Shown: piece after piece, positions 21,634 to 31,995 of the stretch | How positions within the stretch are numbered: the first letter of the stretch is position 1 | How the letters are laid out: every line of letters starts with the position of its first letter | The notes under the pieces: generated by a model | What the model saw: the letters and a program-made list of their open reading frames with translations, nothing else | Database searches by the model: none | What the model was told of the DNA's origin: nothing | Position numbers and translations under genes: made by a program | Assembly (NCBI GenBank): GCA_963823035.1 | Contig: CAWGKG010000014.1 | Coordinates: 288,001-352,000, forward strand | Source of the DNA: an uncultured Gemmatimonadales bacterium | Lineage (GTDB): Bacteria > Gemmatimonadota > Gemmatimonadetes > Longimicrobiales > Gaopeijiaceae | Length of the DNA stretch: 64,000 nt | Direction of reading: 5' to 3'

Positions 21634-24085
21634 TCATTCCTCGCGGAGGACGCGGACCGGCGAGGTGCGCGCCGCGCGGAGGGCCGGCACGAGCGCGGCC
21701 ACGATCGCGACCGACAGCAGCAGCGCGATCCCCGCCCCGTACACCCCGACGTCCCACCTGCGCACGTCGAAGAGAAAGGCGCCGAGCGCGCGGCCCGCGA
21801 GCGCGGCGCCGACGATGCCGACCCCCAGGCCCACGGCCGAGAGCGCCACGGCGCGGCGCAGCACCATGGCGACCACGTCCCGCGGCGAAGCCCCCACGGC
21901 CATGCGCACGCCGATCTCCGGGGCGCGCCGCGCCACCGCGAGGGAGAGGACGCCGAAGATGCCGAGGGCGGCCAGGAGGACGGCCACGACCGCGAAGAGC
22001 GTGGTGGTGGCGCCGAGCGTGCGGCTCGGGGCGAGCTCGTCGTCGACGTATCCGGAGAGCGGACGCAGGTCCGCGAGCGGGATGTCGTTGCGCAGCTCCG
22101 CGACGGAGCGGCGCAGCAGCGCCGGGACGCGCCGTCGCGCCCGCGCCCGGCCTTCGCCAGCACGCGTGAGCGAGACGCCGGAGGCACGGTAGGCCTGGCG
22201 CACCGGAACGTACGCCTCGACCCGCGATGCGGCGGTCAGCTCGTAGTGCCGCACGTTCGGCACCACGCCCACCACCGTGCGCCACACCACCTCGTCCGGA
22301 GCGTCCGGGTCGTCGTCGCTCCCGACCGGCTCCATGAGCGTCAGGCGTCGTCCGACCGGATCCTCCCCCGGCCAGAAGCGCTCGGCCATCGTGGCGTCGA
22401 TCACCACCGAGGGCGGCGCGTCCTGCACGTCGGCGGGCGTGAAGGCCCGCCCGCGCTGGAGCGGGATGCCCATGACGTCGAAGTACCCGCTCCGAGACGA
22501 CGTTGAAGAGCACGGACGGTGCCGCGTCCGGATCGAAGAGGCACGCCCTCGGGGATCACGCGCCGCTCCCACGACCGTCCCGAGAGCGGCGCGAGGAGGG
22601 CGAGGGCCGCCTTCTCCACCTCGGGCGCCGCTTCCACGCGCCCCAGGAGGTCGTCGTAGAAGGCGAGCCAGGCGTCGCGCGACGCGAAGGCACCACGGGG
22701 CTGCGCCAGGCGGGCGGCCACCACGCCCTCGGCGCGGAAGCCCTTGTCCACCGTCGCCAGGTTGCGCACGCTGCGCAGGAGCAGGCCGGCGCCGACCAGG
22801 AGCACGAGGGAGAGCGCGACCTGGGCGACCACCAGTCCGTCCCGGAGACTGCGGCCCTCCCGCCCGCCCGTGGCGCGCTTCCCGTGGCGGAGCGCGTCGG
22901 TTCGTGCCGCGCGCATCGCCGGAAACAGCGCGAAGAGCGCGCCCGAGATCGCCGTGACCGTCAGCGCGAACGCCAGCACCAGGCGCGTCGACGCCGATGC
23001 CTCCGGCCACCACCTTCGGGATCTCGAGGGGCAGCAGGCGCGGCAGCACGCCGGACGCGAGGGCGGCGAGCGCCACGCCGGCGCCGCCGCCGACCGCGGT
23101 CAGCCAGAAGCTCTCCGCCAGCAGGAGGCCGACCACGTCGCGCCGCCCCGCGCCCAGGGCCCTCCGAACGGCCAGCTCGGTGCCCCGCGCCTCGCCGCGC
23201 GCCAACGTCAGGTTGGCCACGTTCGCCCCGGCCACCAGCAACACGAAGCCCACGGCCCCCATGAGGAGCCAGAGCCCGCGCGCGACGCCGCCGAGCATGC
23301 TCTCCTTCAGGGGGATCACCCCGGCGGTCACCACCGCCTTCCCCTCCAGCGCGTCGACCTCGTCGGTCACGCGCTTCATGTCCTCCTGGGCCGCCTCGAC
23401 CGAGACGCCCGGCGCCAGGCGCGCCAGCGCCGCAGCGCCGAAGGAGCTGCCCCGCACGTCCCACGGAAGGCTCTCCGCCAGCACGCCCATCGGCACGTAG
23501 ACCTCGACGTCGGGACGCGGATAGCCCGCCCCCGCCGGGCAGCACGCCCACGATCGTGTAGGGCCGCTCGTCCAGCACGAGCGCCCGCCCCACCACGGAG
23601 GGGTCCGCACCGAAGGCGCGCACCCAGAAGCCGTGCCCCAGGACGGCCACGGGCGCCGCGCCCGGCCCCGTGTCCTCCCCGGGATCAGGCGCCCCAGCTC
23701 GGCGTCGAGGCCCAGCGTGCCGAAGAAGTCGCCGAGCACCACGCGCGCGTCCACCCGCTCGGCGCCCTCCGGCGTCGGGCGCACGAAGCTCCACCCGGCC
23801 GAGGCGCCCGAAGCGGTCGAACACACGGTTCCGCTCGGACCAGTCCCGGTAGTTCGGCACGGAGAGCGAGATGCCGTAGCCGGTGGTGGCGCTCGTGGCC
23901 TCCACCGCCACGATGCGATCGGCCTCCCGTAAGGGAGCGCGCGGAGCAGCGTGCCCGGAGACGAGGGAGAAGATCGCCGTCGCGCCCCCGATCCCGACGG
24001 CCAGGGTGGCCACGACCAGGAGGGTGTACCCGGGACGGTGCAGGAGGCTCTTCGCGCTCGCGCGCAGCTTCGGCAGGAGGTCCAT
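21634..24085 (-). CDS. ADOP-type duplicated MacB/FtsX ABC permease (several frameshifts)
   Basis: TLAVGIGGATAIFSLV, ANVANL.LARG..R..ELAVR.ALGAGR, LVVAQVALSLVLLVGAGLLLRS, EIGVRMAVGA, PALRAAR..PV.VLREE. Confidence 0.9.
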
Positions 24086-24165
24086 GGCGCTCGTGGAGGC
24101 GGGAGGCAGGCGTCACGAGCTTGGACGCCGCCCCGAGCCCGAAGGTTCGAGCGGCCCGTCCGAGC

Positions 24166-24450
24166 TCAGCGCGGATCGGCCTCCGCGCGGCCCGCCAGCA
24201 GCTTGCGGTCGAACTCCTGCGCCCGCTCCATGCGCGCGATCTGATCGGAGAGCGCCTCCACCTGCGCGGAGAGGTCCCGTAGCCGCGCCTGCTCCTCGGC
24301 GGAGCCCGAGAACCCCGACTCACGGAGCGCCTTCGCCAGGGTCTCGACGAGCGGCTTGAGGGCGAAGCGCGCGGTGAGGATGAGCGTGAGGCCGGCGACC
24401 GGGATCATCACCAGCAGGATGCCCAGGATCGGGATCATGACGTCGTCCAC
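24166..24450 (-). CDS. Small protein with N-terminal TM helix and C-terminal coiled coil
   Basis: Hydrophobic N-terminus, KPLVE, QVEAL..QIARMERAQEFDRKLL. Confidence 0.65.
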   Translation of the reverse strand: MDDVMIPILGILLVMIPVAGLTLILTARFALKPLVETLAKALRESGFSGSAEEQARLRDLSAQVEALSDQIARMERAQEFDRKLLAGRAEADPR

Positions 24451-24520
24451 GTGCGTCCCCTTCGGGTCGGGGTGGGGTCCGTGCTCCGCTCGTCTCTACG
24501 TCGGGGCCCCCGCGCCGGGT

Positions 24521-26053
24521 TCAGCGTCCCGCCATGATCCGCTCGATGTCGTCGACCGACTTGGGCGCGCGGGCCGACAGGTTCTCGTGGCCCTCCGGCG
24601 TGACCAGGATCATGTCCTCGATCATGATCGCCAGGTCGAGCTCGGGCGCGTACAGCTTGGGCTCCACGGTGAAGACCATCCCCGGCTCGAGGGGCGTCGA
24701 GTAGTCGCGGCCGTCCGTCGCCTCCAGGCCGATGTGATGGCCGATGTCGCGCACCCCCAGCCCACCCAGCGCCGTGTAGCGCGTGAGTCCGCCGCCGCGC
24801 GCCAGGTAGTGCGTGGGAGAGGGCATCACGCCCCACACCCTATCCGCCCCGCCCATCGCGTCGATGTCCTCCTTCGCCTCCAGGCCGTGGCTGCCGGTAG
24901 ACCTCCGCGGCCGCGCGGATGACGTCGAGGATCGTCACGCCCGGGCGCACCGCGGCGATGGCGGCCTCCTGCGCCTCGAGCACGATCTCGTAGATGCGCC
25001 GCTGCTCGTCCGTGAAGCGCCCGGAGACGGGAAAGGTGCGGCACAGGTCGGAGGTGTACATCGCCCACTCGGCCGCGCCGTAGTCGATGAAGACCAGGTC
25101 GCCGTCCTGCATGACGCGGCTCACGGAGTTGTAGTTCTCCGAGCGGATCGTGAAGAGCGACACCGCGTCCGGGCCCGACGCCACGATCGGCGTGAACGAC
25201 GCGCGCGGCGATCCCTCGCGCTTCCACGTCCACTCCATGATGCCGGCGACCTCGAGGTCGTTCATCCCCGGGCGGATGCGGCGCATCGCCTCCAGGAGCC
25301 CGTCGGCGCTGATCTCGGCGGCCCGGCGCAGCGCGTCGATCTCCCACCGGTCCTTGACGACGCGCATCCGCTCGACGGCGGGCCCCGCGTCCGCGAGCGA
25401 GCGTCCGGGCAGGAGCGCCGCCACCGAGGCCTGGAGCTGCTGACGCACGCTGCGCGGGGCGTCGAGCCCGGGCGGCGCGTACAGCGCCTCACCATCCTCG
25501 AGGAACCAGACCGTGTCGGCGCCGGCGACCAGCGCCGGCAGGCGGTCGGCGAAGTCGTCCAACGGGTACGTCTCGGCGATGCCGGTAGCCTCCTCCGCGT
25601 CTCGGCCGGGAGACAGACGGCGGATCATCCGGTTCCAGGCGGCGTCCTTCAGGCGCGGGTCCTGGTAGGGATACTGGGCACCGGCGAACTCCCGCGGCCC
25701 GGGGAGGAAGAGCACCTCTCTCACCCCGCCCCGCCGTCGGGCGCCATCACGAGGATCGCGTAGGGCGACTCGACCCCGGTGAGGTAGAAGAAGTTCGGAT
25801 CCTGCTTCTTCACGCCCTCGTGGCGGATCATGTACTCGCCCGGGATCACGACGGGGCCCTGGAGCTTCTCCATGAGTCGCGCGCGCCGCCCCGCATAGAC
25901 CTCCGGGGGGAACGCCACGTCCGATTGGATCACCGCGGAGGACGCGGAGGGCGCGGAGGAGAGGAGGAGAGCGACCGCCAGCAGGCCATGAGCGGCTCCA
26001 GCCAGCGCGCTGCCCCCAGCGCCCACCCGTCGGCGTCGGAGGGGTTCCCTCAT
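24521..26053 (-). CDS. Xaa-Pro aminopeptidase (M24B), secreted (frameshifts ~25725, ~24890)
   Basis: YAGRRARL, QDPNFFYLTG, MRVVKD..EIDALRRAA, IDYGA, SDLCRTFP, GHHIGL, FTVEP, IEDMILVT. Confidence 0.88.
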
Positions 26054-26487
26054 CCGTCGATGGCCACGTAGAGGTCGTGCGCCTTCTCGGTGAAGCCCCG
26101 CGTGTATCCCGTGTCGAGCTTGAAGTCCTTCGCTCGTATCCCCTCGGCCTTCGCCCACGCGTGCATCGCGACGAAGGAGTCGGCGATACTGGCGAGGGAT
26201 CCCTCGTGGCGGTGGTGGAGGTAGGCCCGCGCGGGGATCTCCAACCACGTCATCCCGTCGGGAACCGCGGCGGCGCGCGCCACCTCCGCTCCGACGATCC
26301 GCCGATGGAGGCCGTCGACCACGTCGACCGAGACCTCCAGGTAGGTGCTCCCCGAACGATGGGCGATCTCGGCGGCGCGGCTGAACAACAGGTCCCACGC
26401 GCGCGGGATCTCCCGCCACAGGCCGCGCAGGGAGGTACGCACCTCGAGCCCGACCACGATCATCGCGCCGAGCTCGACGATGTCCAC
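26050..26487 (-). CDS. GyrI-like small-molecule-binding protein
   Basis: IVVGL, IP.AW, VPDGM..EIPA..Y....H.G, DLYVAI. Confidence 0.8.
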   Translation of the reverse strand: MDIVELGAMIVVGLEVRTSLRGLWREIPRAWDLLFSRAAEIAHRSGSTYLEVSVDVVDGLHRRIVGAEVARAAAVPDGMTWLEIPARAYLHHRHEGSLASIADSFVAMHAWAKAEGIRAKDFKLDTGYTRGFTEKAHDLYVAIDG

Positions 26488-26488
26488 G

Positions 26489-27915
26489 TCAGCTCACCGG
26501 CCTGCGGCGCACGGCCCGCCCGGGGCGCTCGGACTCGACCACGCTACCGTCCCGCACCACCACCACGCCCCCGACGAGCACCTAGGGGATTCCGGCCGAC
26601 GGCTGCGCGGGCTCCGCGAAGGTGGCGCGGTCCAGCACGGTGGCCGGATCGAAGAGCGTGAGGTCCGCGTCCGCGCCCACCGCCACCCGCCCCTTGCGGC
26701 GCATCTCCGGGAGCGCCGGCTCGAGACGGCGCGCCGGCATGAGCGTCATCTTCCGGAGCGCGTCCATGAGCGTGAGCGTCCCCTCCTCGCGGACGTAGCG
26801 GCCGAGCACCCGCGCGAAGGTCCCCGCGCCGCGCGGGTGCGCCCGCCCGTCCACGAAGGGCGTGCCGTCGGACGCGATCATGACGGCGGGTGCGATGGCG
26901 TACTCCATCTCCTCGCGCGGGATGACGTGCGCGATGATCGGCCCACCCTCTTCGCGGCGCCGGCGAAGCTCGCCGAGTCGAGCCGCTCGCCGGTGGCCAC
27001 CCACTCGATGTCCCCGTAGTCGCCGCCGAGGCGCTCGCGCCACCCGGGGTCGAAGATCGCGGACTGGATGCCGGTGGACGCCGCCGTGTAGGGATAGATC
27101 TCGGTCGTCACGTCGATGCCGGCGGCCTGGGCCTCGGCGATCATGTCGAGGAGCACGGGAACCTGCTTCAGCCCGCTCGAGCCGATGTGGACGATGTGCA
27201 CCGACCCGCCCGAGCCGGCGGCGTCGGCGATCATCTCCTGCACGGCGGAGATGCTGCTCTCCGGCTCGACCAGCCCCGCGTAGCGGATGTGCACGAAGTT
27301 CGTCACGCCCCACTTCGCGGACGTCTGGAAGAGCCGGAAGATCTCCGTACGCGTGGCCCCGGGCGTGTACTGGATCCCCATGCCAACGCCGAGCGCGCCC
27401 TGCGACAGTCCCTCCTCGACGAGCTCCTGCATGCGGCGGACCTGCTCCGGCGTCGCGGCGTCGTAGACCGCGGCCCGCTCGTCCTCGCCCATCGCCTGGT
27501 AGCGCACGGCGACCTGCGACACCGTCGCGCCGTAGTTGATGCGCCAGCCACGGGAGCGCTCCGCGTACCACGCGCCCACCGGGAAGGCACCCCCCTCCAG
27601 CTCGAGCGCCGTGGTGACGCCGTCGCGTACCTGCAGGTCAGCGCTGAAGGGATCCTGCCCGTGCGCGTGCAGGTCGATGAAGCCGGGCGCCACCACGAGC
27701 CCTCGGGCGTCGATGACCTCCCGCCCCTCCAGGGGACCGCGCGTGATGGCCACGACCCGTCCCTCGCGGATGCCCACGTCGCGGACCGCGTCCAGCCCCG
27801 ATTCCGGGTCCATCACGCGACCGCCGCGCAGGACGAGGTCGTACGTCTGCGCCGTGAGCGACGTCGGTGCGAGCAAGGCTGCCGTAAGGAGGACGCGGAG
27901 CGCGCCGGCCGTCAT
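26489..27915 (-). CDS. N-acyl-D-amino-acid deacylase-like amidohydrolase, secreted (frameshifts ~26950, ~26585)
   Basis: GGRVMDPESG, VAPGFIDLHAH, IASDG, HPRGAGTF.RVLG.YVRE, GADADL..FDP. Confidence 0.88.
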
Positions 27916-28040
27916 GAACCCCTCCCGTGCGAGTGCAGTGGACCCGCTATTAGGCGCCCGAGGAGGGTTCTCCCGCAAGGTCGGCGGCCCGGCCCCCGGC
28001 GACCGGTGGCGAAGCGGAGCCCACTTCGCGATGGTTCGGC

Positions 28041-28545
28041 ATGCTCCCGACAGGCTTCCTCCCCGTGACCGAGCACGCTCGTCCTGGCCCTCCTTCTCCC
28101 GACGTCCCTCTCGGGTCAGGCGGGCCCGACCGCGGTGGGCGCGCTGCTCGGGACGGCCGGTGGGGCCTACCTCTCCCTCGCGCTCACGACGGCGGCCGCC
28201 CGCGCGGGGCACTACGCCCACTCCCCCGGGCAGGCGATCTGGCTCCTGACGCCGGTCCCCGTGGGCGCGGTGGCGGGCGGCATCGTGGGCCATCAGGGGG
28301 AGGCGCACCTGCGCGACGCCGCGCGTGTCGGCCTCGTGGGGTTCGCCGCGGGAGCCGCGGTGGGCGCCGTGCTCGGCGACCTCGCATGGGACCGGCCCGA
28401 GGGCGCCTGGTCGGGCGCGCTCATCGGCAGCGGCGTGGGTTTGCTGGTGGGGAGCGTATGGGGGGCCCTGCTTCGCGGCGGCGACTCGCGCCAGGACGCG
28501 CCGACCCTTCCCTCCTTCACCCTGGCCATCCCGTTCGGACCATGA
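28041..28545 (+). CDS. Glycine-rich (glycine-zipper-like) exported/membrane protein (probable indel ~28070)
   Basis: TLVLALLLPTSLSGQ signal-like segment in frame with the GxxxG-rich ORF 28135-28545; ATGA overlap with the next gene. Confidence 0.6.
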
Positions 28546-29687
28546 AGCGGAACCTCTTCGTCCTCGCCGCCCTCCTGAGCGCCTGCACGCGCCAGGCCTA
28601 CGTCCCGCGTCAGACGCAGACGCTCCCCGAGCCCAACGTCGCGGACGTGGCCGCCGTCCTCTTCCTGGTCGGAGACGCGGGCGCCGCGAGCGTGGACGCT
28701 TCTCCCCTTCTCCACCGTCTGCGTCGGGACGTGGAGCAGTGGAGCGACGCGCTCGCCGCGGACTCCGCCGTCACCGTGCTCTTCCTGGGCGACAACGTCT
28801 ACCCCGAGGGCGTGCGCGATCCGGACAGCGACGACTTCGCGCAAGACACGGCCCGTCTCTCGGCGCAGGCCTGGACGGTGGACGGCCCCAAGGCCCTCGC
28901 CCATGGCACGCGCGCCATCTTCCTGCCCGGGAACCACGACTGGGGCAACCTCACCGGACCCCCCGGGGAGCAGCGGCTGAGGAACGAGGAAGACGTGCTC
29001 GCGTCGTGGGCGGCGGACGGTCGTCGCGTGTCCCTGCGGCCGCGAGCCGGGTCACCCGGGCCGGTCACCGTCCAGGTGGGGCCCGCCACCGTGGTCTTGC
29101 TGGACACCGAGTGGTGGCTCCAGGCGGACGACACGACGGCGAAGGCCGCCGTGATCGATTCGCTCGAGGCCGTGCTCTGGGGAGCGCGCGGGAATCCGAC
29201 CGTGCTGGCCGCCCACCACCCCCTCGTTTCCGCCGGTCCTCACGGGGAGCGCGGGTGGGCCAGCCCGCAGGGACTGCTGTCGAAGGCGGGCGCGCTCGTC
29301 CAGGACCTCAACTCCGCGCCCTACGAGGCGCTGCGCACGGAGCTCGCGCGCGCGTTCCGCGAAAGCGAGCGGCCCCTGGCCTACGCGGCGGGCCACGACC
29401 ACACCCTGCAGGTCCTGCACACGGCGGGCCCGGGTCAGCCGGGTTGGACGCTGGTGAGCGGCGCGGGGAGCAAGCTCGAGAGCGTCTCGGAGATCGACGA
29501 CCTCCAGTGGGCGGCGGCGGAACCCGGCTTCATGCGCCTCGTCTTCCTGCGCGACGGCGGCGTGCAGCTCTTCGTGGAGGCCGCTCCCGCGTCGACGCTG
29601 GAGTGCTCGCGGCGCTCCAGCCGGGAGGCGTGCATGGCGGACGCGCTCGCGGCCTACCGTACGGTGCACGCCGAGCGGCTGCGTTAG
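28542..29687 (+). CDS. Metallophosphoesterase lipoprotein
   Basis: Lipobox LSAC; GDAG, FLGDNVYP, PGNHDW, HHP, AGHDH, SGAGSK. Confidence 0.9.
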   Translation: MKRNLFVLAALLSACTRQAYVPRQTQTLPEPNVADVAAVLFLVGDAGAASVDASPLLHRLRRDVEQWSDALAADSAVTVLFLGDNVYPEGVRDPDSDDFAQDTARLSAQAWTVDGPKALAHGTRAIFLPGNHDWGNLTGPPGEQRLRNEEDVLASWAADGRRVSLRPRAGSPGPVTVQVGPATVVLLDTEWWLQADDTTAKAAVIDSLEAVLWGARGNPTVLAAHHPLVSAGPHGERGWASPQGLLSKAGALVQDLNSAPYEALRTELARAFRESERPLAYAAGHDHTLQVLHTAGPGQPGWTLVSGAGSKLESVSEIDDLQWAAAEPGFMRLVFLRDGGVQLFVEAAPASTLECSRRSSREACMADALAAYRTVHAERLR

Positions 29688-31080
29688 AGCGGACGCTTCA
29701 GCCGGAGTCCCTTGATCTTCCGGTGGAGGGTGCGGTCGGAGATCCCGAGCAACCCGGCGGCCTGGCCCTGGTGCCACGCCGTCCGCTCGAGCGCCTCCTC
29801 GATCGCGAGGCGCTCCAGATCCTCGAGGCGTAGCGAGGGGAGCGCCGTCCCGCCGTCTCCCTGCCCTTCCACCGTGACCGGTCCGGCCGCGACCGTGGCG
29901 CCCAGGTCGATCGACCGGATCACGCGGTCGCTGGCTGAGGAGCGCGGCGCGCTCGACCACGTTGCGCAGCTCACGCACGTTGCCCGGCCACGGATACGCC
30001 TCCATCGCCGACACGGCCTCCGGTGCGATCGTCCATGACCCGGTATCGCCCGGGCGGACCTCGTCGAGGAAGTGGCGGGCCAGCAGGAGGATGTCGTCCG
30101 GCCGCTCCCGCAGGGGTGGCAGCTCGAGGACGATGGCGTTGATGCGGTAGAAGAGATCGCCCCGGAACGCGCCCTCCTCGACCAGCTCCGGCAGGTGACG
30201 GTTCGTGGCCGACACCAGACGGAAGTTCGTCGGGATCTCCTTCACGCCGCCGACGCGCCGGAAGGTGCGCGTCTCGAGCGCGCGCAGCAGCTTCGCCTGG
30301 AGGGGCTTCTCCAGGTCTCCGATCTCGTCCAGGAAGAGCGTGCCGCCGTCGGCCAGCTCGATCAGACCGATCTTGCGCGCGGCCGCGCCGGTGAACGAGC
30401 CCTTCTCGTGGCCGAACAGCTCCGACTCCGCCAACGCCTCCGACACCGCCGCGCAGTTGAGCGCCACCAGAGGCTCGGCGTGACGCCCGGAGCGGCGGTG
30501 CAGCTCCCGCGCGATCAGCTCCTTTCCCGTCCCCGACTCGCCGGTCACCAGCACCGAGACATCGGAGGCGGCCACGCGCTCGACGAGCGCCAGGGCGCTC
30601 AGCATGCGTTCGTCTGCGGTCACCATGTGGACGCCGCCGGCGTCCCGGCTCGCCATCGCCTCCATGCGCTCGGACTTCGACTGGATGCGGCGGGCCTCCG
30701 CGGCCTTCCAGACCAGGGTGAGGAGGCGCTCCCGCTCGACCGGCTTCTCCACGAAATCGTAGGCACCGAGCTTCATGGCCCGGGTGGCCGTGGCCACCGT
30801 TCCGTGACCCGAGACGAAGATCACCTGGGGGCGCGCCGGGTCTCCCGCGATCGCCTTCCAGCACTTCGAGACCGTCGAGGCCCGGCATGCTCAGGTCGAG
30901 GAGGGCCACGTCGAAGACCTTCTCACGCAGCGCCGCGAGCGCGGAGCTGCCGTCCGGGACGGTGGTGACCTGATGCCGGGTCCCGTCGGCGCGCCGCAGA
31001 AGAGCCTCGATCAGGACCCGCTGGTCTTCGTCGTCGTCGGCTACGAGAACCGAGATGATCGGCTCGGAAGGCTGGGCCAT
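29684..31080 (-). CDS. Sigma-54-dependent response regulator (NtrC/AtoC family: REC-AAA+-HTH) (frameshifts ~30855, ~29940)
   Basis: VADDD, LLDLSMPGLDG, GESGTGKE, ESELFGHEKGSFTGA, LFLDEIG, FR.DLFYR, WPGNVREL, AAGLLGIS..TL.RK. Confidence 0.93.
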
Positions 31081-31122
31081 GTCCGAAGCCTTGCAGGGCG
31101 AGGGGTCGGCCGCAAGCCGGGG

Positions 31123-31322
31123 GAAAAGATTTGGCCCTGCGGGCTGGGCCCGCAGGGCCGAGGGGCCACCCTGCCTGGGGGGGCGTGGCACCCTCTTCCT
31201 GCATCTGGCGGGGCTGCGGGACCCGGCCCTGGGGGGGATTCGCGTCGCTGTCCTGGCTTGGCGTCTTCTCACCTTCATCGGTGGAAGGAGCTCAGGCCCC
31301 GCAGCCCCATCGTCTCTTGTCG
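31123..31322 (-). ncRNA. Candidate sigma-54-dependent small RNA (~200 nt)
   Basis: Starts ~12 nt downstream of a consensus -24/-12 box. Three helices: 31210-31220/31298-31308, 31160-31195, and a terminal 12-bp stem 31133-31159 followed by AAAUCUUUU. Confidence 0.55.
31133..31159 (-). terminator. Intrinsic terminator-like hairpin ending the candidate sRNA
   Basis: Perfect stem GGCCCTGCGGGC/GCCCGCAGGGCC; minus-strand tail aaatcttttcc. Confidence 0.65.
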
Positions 31323-31333
31323 CCCCTACAATG

Positions 31334-31349
31334 AGCAAGGCCGGTGCCA
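31334..31349 (-). promoter_or_regulatory. Sigma-54 (-24/-12) promoter
   Basis: Minus strand TGGCAC-CGGCC-TTGCT, an exact TGGCAC-N5-TTGC match. Confidence 0.8.
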
Positions 31350-31378
31350 CCCCGGACGCGATTGTGTAACTCGTTCAT

Positions 31379-31472
31379 ATTCAAGAGATTACAAGAGAAG
31401 TTCACCACCGGCGCGTGACGCTCGGAAGGCGACATCCTGTCCGAATCGGACACGTTGGCCGGACAACCTGAC
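31379..31472. promoter_or_regulatory. IHF-like site plus three putative enhancer (UAS) boxes
   Basis: ATTCAAGAGATTA (31379-31391; one mismatch to WATCAANNNNTTR) in an AT-rich patch; GACAtccTGTC (31431), GACAcgtTGGC (31449), GACAaccTGAC (31462). Confidence 0.6.
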
Positions 31473-31580
31473 CGCCTGGCCGGCCGCTTCGACCGGGGGA
31501 CGTGAATCCGCGGTTGCGAATCCGGCGGTCGCGAAGCCTCGTAGAGGCATCAGGCACCCTCGCCAACCGAAGGACCCGAC

Positions 31581-31943
31581 ATGCGCAACTTCCTCATCCG
31601 GCTCGTCGTCAACGCGCTCGCGCTCTCGGCGGCGGCCTGGCTGGTTCCCGGCATCACGCTGACCGGAGGGCTCGGGAACGTGCTCCTGGTGGCCCTGGTC
31701 TTCGGGCTGGTCAACGCCCTCCTCAAGCCGATCGTCTTCCTGCTCTCGCTCCCGTTCGTGATCCTCACGCTGGGGCTGTTCGCCTTCGTCGTGAACGGCG
31801 TGATGCTGCTCGTCACGGCCGCCCTCACCGATCACCTCGCGGTGGCCGGTCTCGGGTCGGCCATCCTCGGGAGCATCGTGATCTCCCTGGTCACGATCCT
31901 CCTCGGCGGCGTGCTCGACGACGACAGGAAGAAGAAGGGGTAG
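31581..31943 (+). CDS. YvlD / 4-TM holin superfamily IV membrane protein
   Basis: LVNALLKPIV..LSLP..ILTLGLF..VVNG.ML; AAGGA RBS. Confidence 0.9.
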   Translation: MRNFLIRLVVNALALSAAAWLVPGITLTGGLGNVLLVALVFGLVNALLKPIVFLLSLPFVILTLGLFAFVVNGVMLLVTAALTDHLAVAGLGSAILGSIVISLVTILLGGVLDDDRKKKG

Positions 31944-31995
31944 GGGCCTTCCGGCCCCCTCCCCGTTCCGGGTGGCGCGGTAGCGCCCGACTGCC

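Noticed and set aside
31123..31322. Structured RNA as SRP RNA, 6S RNA or a known riboswitch; or an N-terminal extension of the regulator ORF
   Set aside because: It lacks the SRP GGAA-loop core and the single-rod 6S shape, and I recognise no aptamer motif. The open frame upstream of MAQPSE is low-complexity and crosses a terminator.
31581..31943. Holin as evidence of a prophage
   Set aside because: YvlD-type proteins are common chromosomal membrane proteins, and no phage genes are nearby.
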